From positions 1 to 64,000 of IMG/VR virus record IMGVR_UViG_3300041964_000072: a DNA stretch of 64,000 nt; one strand, written 5' to 3'. This document shows positions 1-8,185 of this stretch, in pieces. How positions within the stretch are numbered: position 1 is the first letter of the stretch; each line of letters starts with the position of its first letter. Both the position numbers and the translations under genes were made by a program. The notes below the pieces were generated by a model that worked only from the letters and a program-made list of their open reading frames with translations, had not been told where the DNA came from and ran no database searches. Source of the stretch: a virus.

Positions 1-2
1 GT

Positions 3-617
3 TAGTGAAGCAGTCGCAACTGCCCCACCTTTGAAGGGGACTTTGACCCCAAGTTTATCCAATCCTATAGCTGCACTATTGCCTATACCCCATCCAAGGG
101 TATCGCTCTTGATTTCCTTCGTATAACCTTTTCCAATAGATTTCCTAAACCCCTGCTTTCGTTTGTCGATTATCTGCTTCTGCTTGCCTTTATCTAACTT
201 CAGAAAATTAGGATTCTTCTTAATTTTCCCTGCTGCAATACGGGCTTCTGTCCGGTCTAATATTTTCCGAGTCCCTACCGCTCCTGCCCAGTCCCCTGCC
301 AGGGCACCAGGCAAACCTCCCGCACCTCCAGCGGTACTACCTGCATAACCTCCAGCATTAACTATCCAATCTTTTGCACCACCTTTGTATGCTCCCGCTC
401 CTGCGGTTTTGGCAAGCATTCCTGTGGTCTTCCAGCGTCCTTTTCCCGTATGTGCTTTGTATGCCAGATTTGCTACTTTGTCCCGATGCATACCTTCTTT
501 AATTGCTTTTTTGGGATTCTTTATGAAAGCTTTTATCCCTTGTTTCGCTTCCTGTAAAAGCTGTTTTTTGCCAGGTAGCTGTTTGTTGATAAGAATTCTG
601 CCTATAAGGGAGGGCAT
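3..617 (-). CDS. Basic, Gly/Ala-rich protein, 3' end truncated by the window edge (not in ORF track)
   Basis: Manual translation from ATG 617: MPSLIGRILINKQLPGKK...AGGYAGSTAGGAGGLPGALAGDWAGAVG...; open to the window start. Confidence 0.75.
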   Translation of the reverse strand, partial: MPSLIGRILINKQLPGKKQLLQEAKQGIKAFIKNPKKAIKEGMHRDKVANLAYKAHTGKGRWKTTGMLAKTAGAGAYKGGAKDWIVNAGGYAGSTAGGAGGLPGALAGDWAGAVGTRKILDRTEARIAAGKIKKNPNFLKLDKGKQKQIIDKRKQGFRKSIGKGYTKEIKSDTLGWGIGNSAAIGLDKLGVKVPFKGGAVATASL

Positions 618-702
618 GATTATTTACACAATAGATAATTAATAGTTATCTATAATTGTAAATCACATCAATGAGGCTGTTTACTATTAGTAGACGCACG
701 AA

Positions 703-725
703 AAGAAGGGCGTAAAACCCTTCTT
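703..725 (-). terminator. Rho-independent terminator for the 750-3686 minus-strand operon
   Basis: AAGAAGGG-N7-CCCTTCTT hairpin followed by a T tract on the minus strand, just after ORF 750..1025. Confidence 0.65.
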
Positions 726-749
726 CAAGATGGTTATTTTACTGAGAAT

Positions 750-1025
750 TTACTTGGTAAAGGCACTCAGCAAAGTGCAAATGGTTGGTATTAGTGCAGG
801 GGGTATCTCCTCTGTGTAGTCATAGTAGCCAGAGAAAATGTCTCTTATTTCATCCTCCTTTTCGTCATCATCTATCTCCGGAGGTGCTGGGGGTCTTGGG
901 TAAGGAAATCCATTCGTAATCAACCATCGCTGTGCAGCTTCGCAAAGTTCATTCCTGGGATCGTCTGCGATCCGGTAGTAATGATTTAGAACGCCTGGGG
1001 TTGGGGGTGGAAAGTCACTGCTCAT
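750..1025 (-). CDS. Hypothetical protein
   Basis: 91-aa ORF, 4-nt overlap with upstream ORF. Confidence 0.65.
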   Translation of the reverse strand: MSSDFPPPTPGVLNHYYRIADDPRNELCEAAQRWLITNGFPYPRPPAPPEIDDDEKEDEIRDIFSGYYDYTEEIPPALIPTICTLLSAFTK

Positions 1026-1246
1026 ATTGGTTGTAATCCTGCTATACGACGGGCTTCATCTCTGGCTCTTTCGGCATCGGTCAACGCTTGTAGTACTCCT
1101 CCACTATGACCGTGTTTCTTGCAAAGGGCTTGGTGTTTTGCGAGTAATACATCAACCCTATCTTGTAACTCCGGTAGGCTTGCTAAGGCTTCTGATTGTT
1201 GTGTCTTAGCTTGTTCGTATTCCTGGATGCTTGGATAGTTCGGCAT
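1022..1246 (-). CDS. Hypothetical coiled-coil protein
   Basis: 74-aa ORF, helical heptad character, operon spacing. Confidence 0.65.
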   Translation of the reverse strand: MPNYPSIQEYEQAKTQQSEALASLPELQDRVDVLLAKHQALCKKHGHSGGVLQALTDAERARDEARRIAGLQPI

Positions 1247-1262
1247 AATGTACCTGTGTTAA

Positions 1263-2567
1263 TTAGAAAAATGATTTTTGCTTGAAGTTTCCACCAGCAA
1301 GGATGGAAAATCCTTTGGAAATGCTATCAATTTCTTCCCTCTTTTTGCCACGTACTTGGATATACAACTGCTTGCTATTTTCAAAGTATTCAAGGGTAGC
1401 AATATGTCGATTCCCTTGATCATATATTTCTGCTCCAAATGGCTTGGTAAGGGTATTGCGGACTTCATATCCAATTGATTCGGCAGCAAACTGTGTGTCT
1501 CTTAGTAATGATTCACCAATGCTACTTGCAGGTATATTTCTTGTTGAAAATGGAACAACCTTTTGGGCTTCCAATACGTTCAACTTATCCATTAAGTTCC
1601 TGTTTGCCATTCTTAGATCAGCTATCTCCTTTTCACGATTCCGCTGTACTTCCATCCATTCTTGGCATTGAGCGAGATATTCATTCTGTTTCCGTTCTGC
1701 TACTTTCAACCGCTCTAATATTTCTCTGGTCTGTTCAGCTACAGCGCTCTCAATGCGCTTACTTACATCTTCAACAGTGAACAATTGTTGACGCTCCTTT
1801 TGAAGCGCTTGCTGCAAATCTTTCTGAGAATATCGGGGCATAGATACGATCGCCTCTTTCGCATCAGCCAAGCCAAACCCCATCTTCTTGGAAAGACTTG
1901 CAAACTCCTTGCTTGCTTGTTCCACCTCAACTTGCAAAGCATCCTTCTGTAACCCCTTTGCCTGGTCTAGCTGCCTTACAAGGGTCTGCATTCTCTCGTA
2001 GGAGGACGCAATATCTTGTAGAGTTACACGAGGCTGTTTGGGCTTGGGTGCAATACCTAGAGCTTTGCGAACAAAAGAGGCTGTCTTGTATCCCGCTCTG
2101 GAAAAATTCTTTAAAAGATCCTCACCCATCTTCGGCAATAGCCGCAACGCAGACAATGACCACTGGCTGAAGGTCTGCATAGAATTAGCAGATTTCAACT
2201 CAGTACGAAGGTTCTCAGGCAGCTCTCTATACCAGTTGGCTAGCTTCATGCAGGATTTTGCGAGATATTGAGAGCCTTCAAAGCCCTCACTAAGCCAAGT
2301 AGAAAATGCCTTCCGTCCCTTACGACTCCCTTCTTTCTTGCAATAAGCAGTTTCCAGCTTGAGGAGTCCATTCCCCAGTGACAGTAGATCAGCAAATGTG
2401 CGTTGAGCAAAACGCAACATCCTTATATTCAACTGCTGCTGCTTACTGGTGATGGACTTAGGAAGGGAAAGGTCTTGTGCTATCATTGTTTTTGCCTCTT
2501 GCATCCAATGGGTAAGCCCTCTACAGATAGGCGACGGTTTGAATGTGGTGCCTTCTGTAGGGGGCAA
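1263..2567 (-). CDS. DUF3102-like N-terminal domain plus coiled coil
   Basis: LLSLGNGLLKL...AFSTWLSEGF..SQYLAKSCMKLA resembles the DUF3102 pattern; long coiled-coil C-terminal half. Confidence 0.55.
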   Translation of the reverse strand: MPPTEGTTFKPSPICRGLTHWMQEAKTMIAQDLSLPKSITSKQQQLNIRMLRFAQRTFADLLSLGNGLLKLETAYCKKEGSRKGRKAFSTWLSEGFEGSQYLAKSCMKLANWYRELPENLRTELKSANSMQTFSQWSLSALRLLPKMGEDLLKNFSRAGYKTASFVRKALGIAPKPKQPRVTLQDIASSYERMQTLVRQLDQAKGLQKDALQVEVEQASKEFASLSKKMGFGLADAKEAIVSMPRYSQKDLQQALQKERQQLFTVEDVSKRIESAVAEQTREILERLKVAERKQNEYLAQCQEWMEVQRNREKEIADLRMANRNLMDKLNVLEAQKVVPFSTRNIPASSIGESLLRDTQFAAESIGYEVRNTLTKPFGAEIYDQGNRHIATLEYFENSKQLYIQVRGKKREEIDSISKGFSILAGGNFKQKSFF

Positions 2568-2576
2568 AATCTTTAT

Positions 2577-2801
2577 TTAGTAGAGCTTTGCAGCCCTCAC
2601 TTGTTCACGGGTACGGGCATATTTGCTGATTGCAGATCCCGCACTATCTTCGGATTCCCATGCATTTAGGAATTCACGAATCGCTGCATAGTCCATTGAG
2701 AGAAACAAGGGTTCGAGCTGGCTTGCCCTCGCACTCGCTAACCGCTCAGCACTTGCTGATTGGTCTTCTAACTCTTGTCGCATCTTGTTTATGTCAGTCA
2801 T
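2577..2801 (-). CDS. Hypothetical protein
   Basis: 74-aa ORF in operon. Confidence 0.6.
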   Translation of the reverse strand: MTDINKMRQELEDQSASAERLASARASQLEPLFLSMDYAAIREFLNAWESEDSAGSAISKYARTREQVRAAKLY

Positions 2802-2934
2802 AATTTAGTCATCCAATAATTTGATAGCGTCTTCTATCCAGACTTTTTTTGGCTTAGATTCCGGTTTGGAAGCGACTACAATAACATCGGCACAAACCAC
2901 GAGTCCTAACCCCGTAGGTACACCTTTAATCTCC

Positions 2935-3117
2935 TTACTCACTAGACCCCCCATTGGCTCCTTGTCGTACAGACTGCTGTAAAGCAGAGATGATTTTTTC
3001 AGTAACCCGAATTGCTTCAGGGTTTGCTGTTTTCTGGAACTCCCTCATCTCTGCAATCCCTTCTTCGATGTTTTGTGTGTTTGCAGGTTGGATGGAGTTC
3101 TTGTCAGGGCTGGACAT
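2935..3117 (-). CDS. Hypothetical protein
   Basis: 60-aa ORF overlapping the upstream stop. Confidence 0.5.
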   Translation of the reverse strand: MSSPDKNSIQPANTQNIEEGIAEMREFQKTANPEAIRVTEKIISALQQSVRQGANGGSSE

Positions 3118-3334
3118 TGTATTGACCCTTCAACTGAGCCAAGAGGTGTTGCCCTTGGGTTTGCATGGCTGTCTCTAAGCGATTCTTCTCTATGAGGTAG
3201 TTCAACATGAAGGCGTTCACCTCCTCAGTCGTTGAAAAATTTCGCCCTGCCATAGCTTCCCTGGCTTCCGCTGAGGTTCCCGCTGGAAGCCTTTGCAGAA
3301 AAGAGCGAAGTTCCTTTGCTAGTAGGCTGTTCAT
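3104..3334 (-). CDS. Hypothetical protein (start reassigned to ATG 3334, MNSLLAKEL...)
   Basis: AAGGAG RBS directly upstream of 3334; the longer ORF-track start overlaps the Cro-like gene. Confidence 0.6.
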   Translation of the reverse strand: MNSLLAKELRSFLQRLPAGTSAEAREAMAGRNFSTTEEVNAFMLNYLIEKNRLETAMQTQGQHLLAQLKGQYNVQP

Positions 3335-3686
3335 TTTGCTCCTTATGTATGACTTTGACCAGTCTTCCTGCCTTTGCTGCCTCAGACACCTGAATGTGTA
3401 GCAACTCCCTGGCGAGAGTCCTGCGATGATGGCTGGGCATTTTGGCATACTTCAGATCCTTGCTCCCGTACTGTCGAACAGTACTTAATTCCAAACCCAA
3501 AACCGCCATTAAAAGACGGTTGCACGCCACTTTATAGCCCTCAGTATTTTGCTCTCGCCTTTGTTCCTGGGGTGAAAGATGCCCTAGCAACACGGACATA
3601 CAAAAAAAATCCCCTCCGACCTCATTGTGAACAAAGATGAGATCGACGGGAACTGTCTTCTGTTTGGATACAGCAGAAAGTGGCAT
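3225..3686 (-). CDS. Cro-like HTH regulator (divergent from repressor-like gene)
   Basis: GYKVACNRLLMAVLGLELSTVRQYG HTH-like segment; first gene of a leftward operon. Confidence 0.5.
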   Translation of the reverse strand: MPLSAVSKQKTVPVDLIFVHNEVGGDFFCMSVLLGHLSPQEQRREQNTEGYKVACNRLLMAVLGLELSTVRQYGSKDLKYAKMPSHHRRTLARELLHIQVSEAAKAGRLVKVIHKEQNEQPTSKGTSLFSAKASSGNLSGSQGSYGRAKFFND

Positions 3687-3803
3687 AGTGGAATTAACTC
3701 CTTTTAAAGGAGGGGGAAGAGGCGATCGCAGTAGCTTGTCAGTCTGTGTGCGGTCGTCTCTTTAATACCTACAGGATTGAATTACCTCTAAGGCTATCAC
3801 AAA

Positions 3804-3818
3804 TTATCCAGTGGATAA
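3804..3818. promoter_or_regulatory. Perfect 7-1-7 palindrome TTATCCA-G-TGGATAA, candidate operator
   Basis: Lies in the divergent intergenic region between the two regulator genes. Confidence 0.45.
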
Positions 3819-3874
3819 ACTATTCATCCTAGAAGTGCTATTATTTATCCTCAAAGGGGGTTCTACGCTACTGT

Positions 3875-4447
3875 GTGTTGATAAAATTTAGGAAAAGGAA
3901 AAACACTTTGGCGAACAAGAAGGATGACAGGCGACGGACAGCGCTGCATCTGTCCCCTCCATTGTCCGATCGTATAAAAGAGTTAGCGGCAAAGGAAAAC
4001 CGCTCTGCTACAGGTCAAGCTCAACAATTGATAGAGGAGGCATTGGCTTATAGGGAAAAAGAATCTCAGCAGAATTCACTGGAAATTATATCCAGGTTGA
4101 TTCATCGGCTCAGTGCAATGGACATTGCCCAACTGATTCAGATGTTGGGCTATACGCTAAGAATGAAACTCCAAAAGGAGGTTAATTTGTGTAACACGCT
4201 GCCGAACAATCGTATCGCTCAGCTAGTGCGTGAGCATCATGACACTTGCTTACCATTCTTTCAGGGATGGGAGGGAGGGGAAGAAATGCTAAGGAGTATC
4301 AGTGAAGGGGGAAAGCCTGATCCTAGAACTATTCCTTTGCTAGTGTCTTGCCTTCCTATAAGTCAAGTCGAATTTGAGTCCTTGTATATTCAGGAGTTTG
4401 GATTTCATGACGAAAGCACAGCAGCTTGTCAAGGATGCGATGGCTAA
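3875..4447 (+). CDS. Repressor-like regulator: Arc/RHH domain plus XRE-like HTH
   Basis: RTALHLSPPLSDRIKELAAKENRSATGQAQQLIEEAL is an RHH pattern; C-terminal MLRSISEGGKPDPRTIPLLVSCLPIS is XRE-like. Confidence 0.65.
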   Translation: MLIKFRKRKNTLANKKDDRRRTALHLSPPLSDRIKELAAKENRSATGQAQQLIEEALAYREKESQQNSLEIISRLIHRLSAMDIAQLIQMLGYTLRMKLQKEVNLCNTLPNNRIAQLVREHHDTCLPFFQGWEGGEEMLRSISEGGKPDPRTIPLLVSCLPISQVEFESLYIQEFGFHDESTAACQGCDG

Positions 4448-5135
4448 GGTCGTATCCCCAGTAGCTTGCCAATTATTCGCAAACAACTGTGGGATTGATT
4501 TAGGGGTGTATGGTATTGAGTTGACAGAAAAAGGCATCCACATACATGCTCCAGATGCGTCCAAAGCTGGAGAATTGTCCGTAACGAAAGGAGGTATCAT
4601 TGCAAGAAAATGTTGGGAATGGGGATACCCAAAAGTGGAAATATGGTGTTCATCCCCAAACCCAGTCCCAGTTTCTCTTAAAGCATCACCAACGAGTGAC
4701 ATACGATTTCAATTTCAATCAGGAGCATACAACATCATGAGTAATTCGGCATATATACTACCTGAGCAGGGGATTACCCTTGCTGATGCTTACGTCAATG
4801 AACTACCCGTATGGATCATAGAACAGGCTACCCAAAAAGTGTTGTTCGCCAATCCTGTAGCATTGGCAGCGAATGAGCGTCCCCCTGGAGACATTTTAGG
4901 TAGCGAGATTAACGCTTTATGGGAACAGGAAACATTGGAAGCATTGACACAATTAGTCAACGTAGATCGAGCAGTCTACAATCACACCAATACTGGTTAC
5001 AGGTGGAAGCGTGCTAAAAAAGGTGACATACTTTGGACACGAGAAAAAACAGAGTTCAACGTAGACTATTTCCTCACCACCTACCTAGGGGTGCCGTGCA
5101 GGTATGAGCTTGTTCGAGACGCTGTACCTGTCTAA
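4407..5135 (+). CDS. PAS-domain protein (ORF track start 4374; ATG 4407 has an RBS)
   Basis: PVWIIEQATQKVLFANPVALAANERPPGDILGSEINALW matches the PAS A-beta/B-beta/NxA pattern; CAGGAG upstream of 4407. Confidence 0.6.
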   Translation: MTKAQQLVKDAMAKVVSPVACQLFANNCGIDLGVYGIELTEKGIHIHAPDASKAGELSVTKGGIIARKCWEWGYPKVEIWCSSPNPVPVSLKASPTSDIRFQFQSGAYNIMSNSAYILPEQGITLADAYVNELPVWIIEQATQKVLFANPVALAANERPPGDILGSEINALWEQETLEALTQLVNVDRAVYNHTNTGYRWKRAKKGDILWTREKTEFNVDYFLTTYLGVPCRYELVRDAVPV

Positions 5136-5160
5136 CTTTTCCCCTTAAAACAGAAAACAC

Positions 5161-5196
5161 GCGATCGCATCCTTTAAGGGGTGCGATCATTTTTTT
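5161..5196 (+). terminator. Rho-independent terminator with a HIP1-based stem
   Basis: GATCGCATCC-TTTAA-GGGGTGCGATC followed by T7. Confidence 0.7.
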
Positions 5197-5206
5197 AGGA
5201 GGTCAA

Positions 5207-5509
5207 TTGGAAGAGATAGAAAGACTAATAAACCAGGCAGAGCAAGATGCAGTCCAAGCCTCTGATGAGGCAATGAGACTTATGGTAGAGTTTGGTGATG
5301 ATACCCTATTGATGGGATTTGTCGGAACTGCAAACCAACTTAAGTTGGACGTAAGTAATTTCAGGGCAGGACTACATTCTATTAGACGGCAAGCCCAGTC
5401 ACCGGAAAGAAATGCTAGTATGCAGCTTTTAATGGTCGAGGCAAGGGACTTAGGAAGTAGAGCAAGTAAAATAAAGGAAACTGTACTGGAGATTAGCCGC
5501 AATGACTAA
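5207..5509 (+). CDS. Hypothetical helical protein
   Basis: 100-aa ORF, AGGAGG RBS. Confidence 0.7.
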   Translation: MEEIERLINQAEQDAVQASDEAMRLMVEFGDDTLLMGFVGTANQLKLDVSNFRAGLHSIRRQAQSPERNASMQLLMVEARDLGSRASKIKETVLEISRND

Positions 5510-5630
5510 ACAGTTAACGGAAAGGCAAAAAGCTTTAATTCAAGAAGCCACTACTCAAGCAAGAGAGTGCATAGAGATAATTGCACGGATGAATCAAATA
5601 TTGGATGACATGGACAAGTCTGAACAATAA
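5502..5630 (+). CDS. Small hypothetical protein (42 aa, MTKQLTERQKALIQEA...)
   Basis: Manual translation; start overlaps the upstream stop and a terminator follows. Confidence 0.55.
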   Translation: MTKQLTERQKALIQEATTQARECIEIIARMNQILDDMDKSEQ

Positions 5631-5651
5631 AATAAAACCTTGAACAAGCAA

Positions 5652-5686
5652 GCGATCGCATCCTTTAGGGGGTGCGATCATTTTTT
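5652..5686 (+). terminator. Rho-independent terminator, near-identical copy of 5161..5196
   Basis: GCGATCGCATCCTTTAGGGGGTGCGATCATTTTTT. Confidence 0.7.
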
Positions 5687-5730
5687 GTATATAACGTTTA
5701 CGCCACATCTAGACACAACACAGAGGCATT

Positions 5731-6480
5731 ATGACCACACAAGAACAAGTTCAAGATCGACAGTTCTCTGAAATTGACGTGAATCATCCTATCTATCAGG
5801 CGTTTTGCATGTTAGCGTCTCGAATTGCTGATCATGAAGATTATGGCGAATGCTACAACTACGAGAAGGAAATACAGGAGGACAACAAAAACTTAGATCA
5901 TCTGCTAGCTATTTCGGCAGATGACTTTATCGTGAATGCTTTTTCAGAAAAGCCAAATGCTATGGTGGAATTCAAATATGGGATTCTCCCCTTTGCAAAG
6001 ATAGGTAGTGAGGGGGAAGCGCACTGCCAAAAGATAGCCAAAGATCATGACTTGACACAGGGCTATATTTTATGCCTTGGACTTCTGGTAGAAAATTTAC
6101 CTGAACATTTAAAAGAAGGGCTTGCTAACACTACGGGCGTAGGACAGTTTTTCTGTTACATACCCTTCTCGAAATTAACCCCTACCCGCTTATCTCCGGA
6201 ACAGATTCGCAAGCGCCTGAACAGGATGAGGCAGTCTCAAGGGAATGATATCCTAATCCTCGATCCCATGCACCCCGATTACATGGGCGAAAATATGGAG
6301 ATGTGGCTTGTAGAATTGAGTGCTTTGAGGGCAAACAATCAGTTTGTACTCTACGCCATTAAGATCAACCAGGCTGACCGGGAAAAATACTTGCCGCTCA
6401 TCCTCAAGTACAAATGTGTAGCTATGCTGGAAGTCTGTGGTGATGAGGATGATTCTGAAACCGAGGTGACAGAAGAATAA
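5731..6480 (+). CDS. Hypothetical protein
   Basis: 249-aa ORF, GAGG RBS, flanked by terminators. Confidence 0.75.
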   Translation: MTTQEQVQDRQFSEIDVNHPIYQAFCMLASRIADHEDYGECYNYEKEIQEDNKNLDHLLAISADDFIVNAFSEKPNAMVEFKYGILPFAKIGSEGEAHCQKIAKDHDLTQGYILCLGLLVENLPEHLKEGLANTTGVGQFFCYIPFSKLTPTRLSPEQIRKRLNRMRQSQGNDILILDPMHPDYMGENMEMWLVELSALRANNQFVLYAIKINQADREKYLPLILKYKCVAMLEVCGDEDDSETEVTEE

Positions 6481-6504
6481 GCTAAACGCTTCGAGAAGTG
6501 TGAG

Positions 6505-6534
6505 AGCGATCGCATAAAACGCGATCGCTTTTTT
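6505..6534 (+). terminator. Terminator whose stem is two HIP1 sites
   Basis: AGCGATCGC-ATAAAAC-GCGATCGCT followed by Ts. Confidence 0.7.
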
Positions 6535-6624
6535 CATGCCCAAAACAAAACCGCTGTTATAAGCGGTTCGTTCCGACAGTCATACGACTATCCACAGGCT
6601 AAGCCTATTTTTATTTTATCTTAT

Positions 6625-6823
6625 TCATGAGGCATCCATGAGGCATGTCTCATCAGTGCCTCATGAAGGCAAAACCCTTGATTTATTTAGGCTTTCAGAC
6701 CGTGCATTAAAAAAAGATTACGGCTGGCTGTAATATCTATTGTTTCGTTCAAATCCCTTAGATAATCTGGTGAAGTTGAAGTGAAGAGGCAGTGATGAGA
6801 CGTGCATCATGACTGCCTCGTGA
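6625..6823. repeat. Pair of 42-bp imperfect inverted repeats (6625-6666 and 6782-6823), each internally repetitive
   Basis: Reverse complement of 6625-6666 matches 6782-6823 at 34/42 positions; built from ATGAGGCA-like units. Confidence 0.8.
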
Positions 6824-6834
6824 GGGAGGAATTG

Positions 6835-7149
6835 ATGACCTACGCTGTCCCCTGGTATGCCCAGGAAGCTGAATATGTCCAAGTCGTTGTTGACGGTGTT
6901 GCAAGGAAAACTCTTCGGAGTAACCTAGGCATCTCGAAAGCTCAGTTTGAGCGGTACTTAATCATTCTGCGAGAACACCCAAACACGAAAAGGCGATTTG
7001 ACTTTAAAAAAGGTCAGCAGCGATTTAACGATACCCAGTGCGAAATGCTATTCAAGCTTCGGAGTCTATTCCTTTCCGCCAATGAGGGGGGACAAGGCAT
7101 CCGAGGGTGGGATGCACTCAACGAATACCTAAACTATCCAGGGATTTGA
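6835..7149 (+). CDS. MerR-like/winged HTH DNA-binding protein (ORF track start 6802)
   Basis: RKTLRSNLGISKAQFERYL..L...F.....RFNDTQCEML pattern; GGAGGA RBS before ATG 6835. Confidence 0.55.
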   Translation: MTYAVPWYAQEAEYVQVVVDGVARKTLRSNLGISKAQFERYLIILREHPNTKRRFDFKKGQQRFNDTQCEMLFKLRSLFLSANEGGQGIRGWDALNEYLNYPGI

Positions 7150-7152
7150 AAA

Positions 7153-7773
7153 ATGGACAAGACTCAGATTAAACAAATAAGCAATCAACTTGAAGTCGCA
7201 GAAGGTTTGATAGAATCCACAATCCTTGAGCTTCGAGCAAACAGTGTTCCTGAAGCATATCTCGGAGATTATGTCAATGCCGTTATTCAAAAAATAAAGT
7301 TAAGGCGATATTCTGTAGCTGAAGGTGTGGCAGAAGTTTTTGAGGAGCAGCGTGCCCAAAGTGTTGATCAGGAGATGGGTAATGCTGGTATGGCACTTGC
7401 TGTACTCGGAGTAGAAGCAGAAAAAATCACTGATGATGCATCAGAATCCTTGGCAGCAGGGATTATCGTGGGTACTCTGAGCAAGACCAGCAAACTTTTA
7501 CAAGGTCAAACAACATTTAAAAACCCAGCGCTTCAGCAAATTACTTCTCACGCAAAAAGCAGTTTTTTCGGGAGTCTGCGGACATCGGGGACAGGATTGA
7601 ATCCGGCACAATCAATGTTCGCCCTTCATCAGTCCCCGACTCCCCAGGAAGTTCCAGCTCTAGATCCATTGCAACCTCAGCCAGCGACCACCTTGGAAGT
7701 ATCTTCGCAGCCAGTATCCTCAACGAGCGAACCCGCACCCAAGCAACAGAACGGGAGAAAGCCCACCAGTTGA
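7153..7773 (+). CDS. Hypothetical helical protein with Pro/Gln-rich tail
   Basis: 206-aa ORF, 3 nt after the upstream stop. Confidence 0.75.
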   Translation: MDKTQIKQISNQLEVAEGLIESTILELRANSVPEAYLGDYVNAVIQKIKLRRYSVAEGVAEVFEEQRAQSVDQEMGNAGMALAVLGVEAEKITDDASESLAAGIIVGTLSKTSKLLQGQTTFKNPALQQITSHAKSSFFGSLRTSGTGLNPAQSMFALHQSPTPQEVPALDPLQPQPATTLEVSSQPVSSTSEPAPKQQNGRKPTS

Positions 7774-7931
7774 TTATTGTTGCAGCAGCTTCCCCTATAG
7801 CGGGGGGAGTTGCGGGAAGTGCGATCGCTGCACGGTCAGGTTCCGATATTCCGACATTTACGCTCGGAGGAGCAATTATCTTTGCAGCGATCTTCGTCGG
7901 ACTTAGTAGGGTGCTTTTGGAGAACGGCTAA
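7770..7931 (+). CDS. Small two-helix membrane protein (53 aa; not in ORF track)
   Basis: TTG start: MIIVAAASPIAGGVAGSAIAARSGSDIPTFTLGGAIIFAAIFVGLSRVLLENG; overlaps both neighbouring start/stop codons. Confidence 0.55.
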   Translation: MIIVAAASPIAGGVAGSAIAARSGSDIPTFTLGGAIIFAAIFVGLSRVLLENG

Positions 7932-8185
7932 TGGTTTTGGAAGAAGTATTGATGAGTGCTTCGATTGGGTATGTAGCTTCGGTTCCATGTGCAGGAGCAG
8001 TAGCTTTCCTCAATGCAGGGGCAGTAGCGGCAATGTCTGTGATATTCGCTCCAGCAACAGTTGCGTTTACAGCAGCGGTAGGGGTATTGGCATGGCAAGC
8101 CCTTAAGCAAGTTATGTCTGTAGAAGATCGATTCGCAGTAGAAGTTTGGAGGCGAGGCTATGCAAGGCAGCAGCCGATCACCTGA
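7931..8185 (+). CDS. Small membrane protein (pilin-like hydrophobicity)
   Basis: About 50-residue hydrophobic stretch; TAATG coupling. Confidence 0.65.
   Translation: MVLEEVLMSASIGYVASVPCAGAVAFLNAGAVAAMSVIFAPATVAFTAAVGVLAWQALKQVMSVEDRFAVEVWRRGYARQQPIT

Noticed and set aside
3335-3448. N-terminal extension MPKCPA... of ORF 3104..3448
   Set aside because: It overlaps the Cro-like gene extensively, and a strong AAGGAG RBS supports ATG 3334.
3804-3818. Replication origin with DnaA boxes
   Set aside because: Only one imperfect box, with no box cluster, AT-rich unwinding repeats or adjacent initiator gene recognised.
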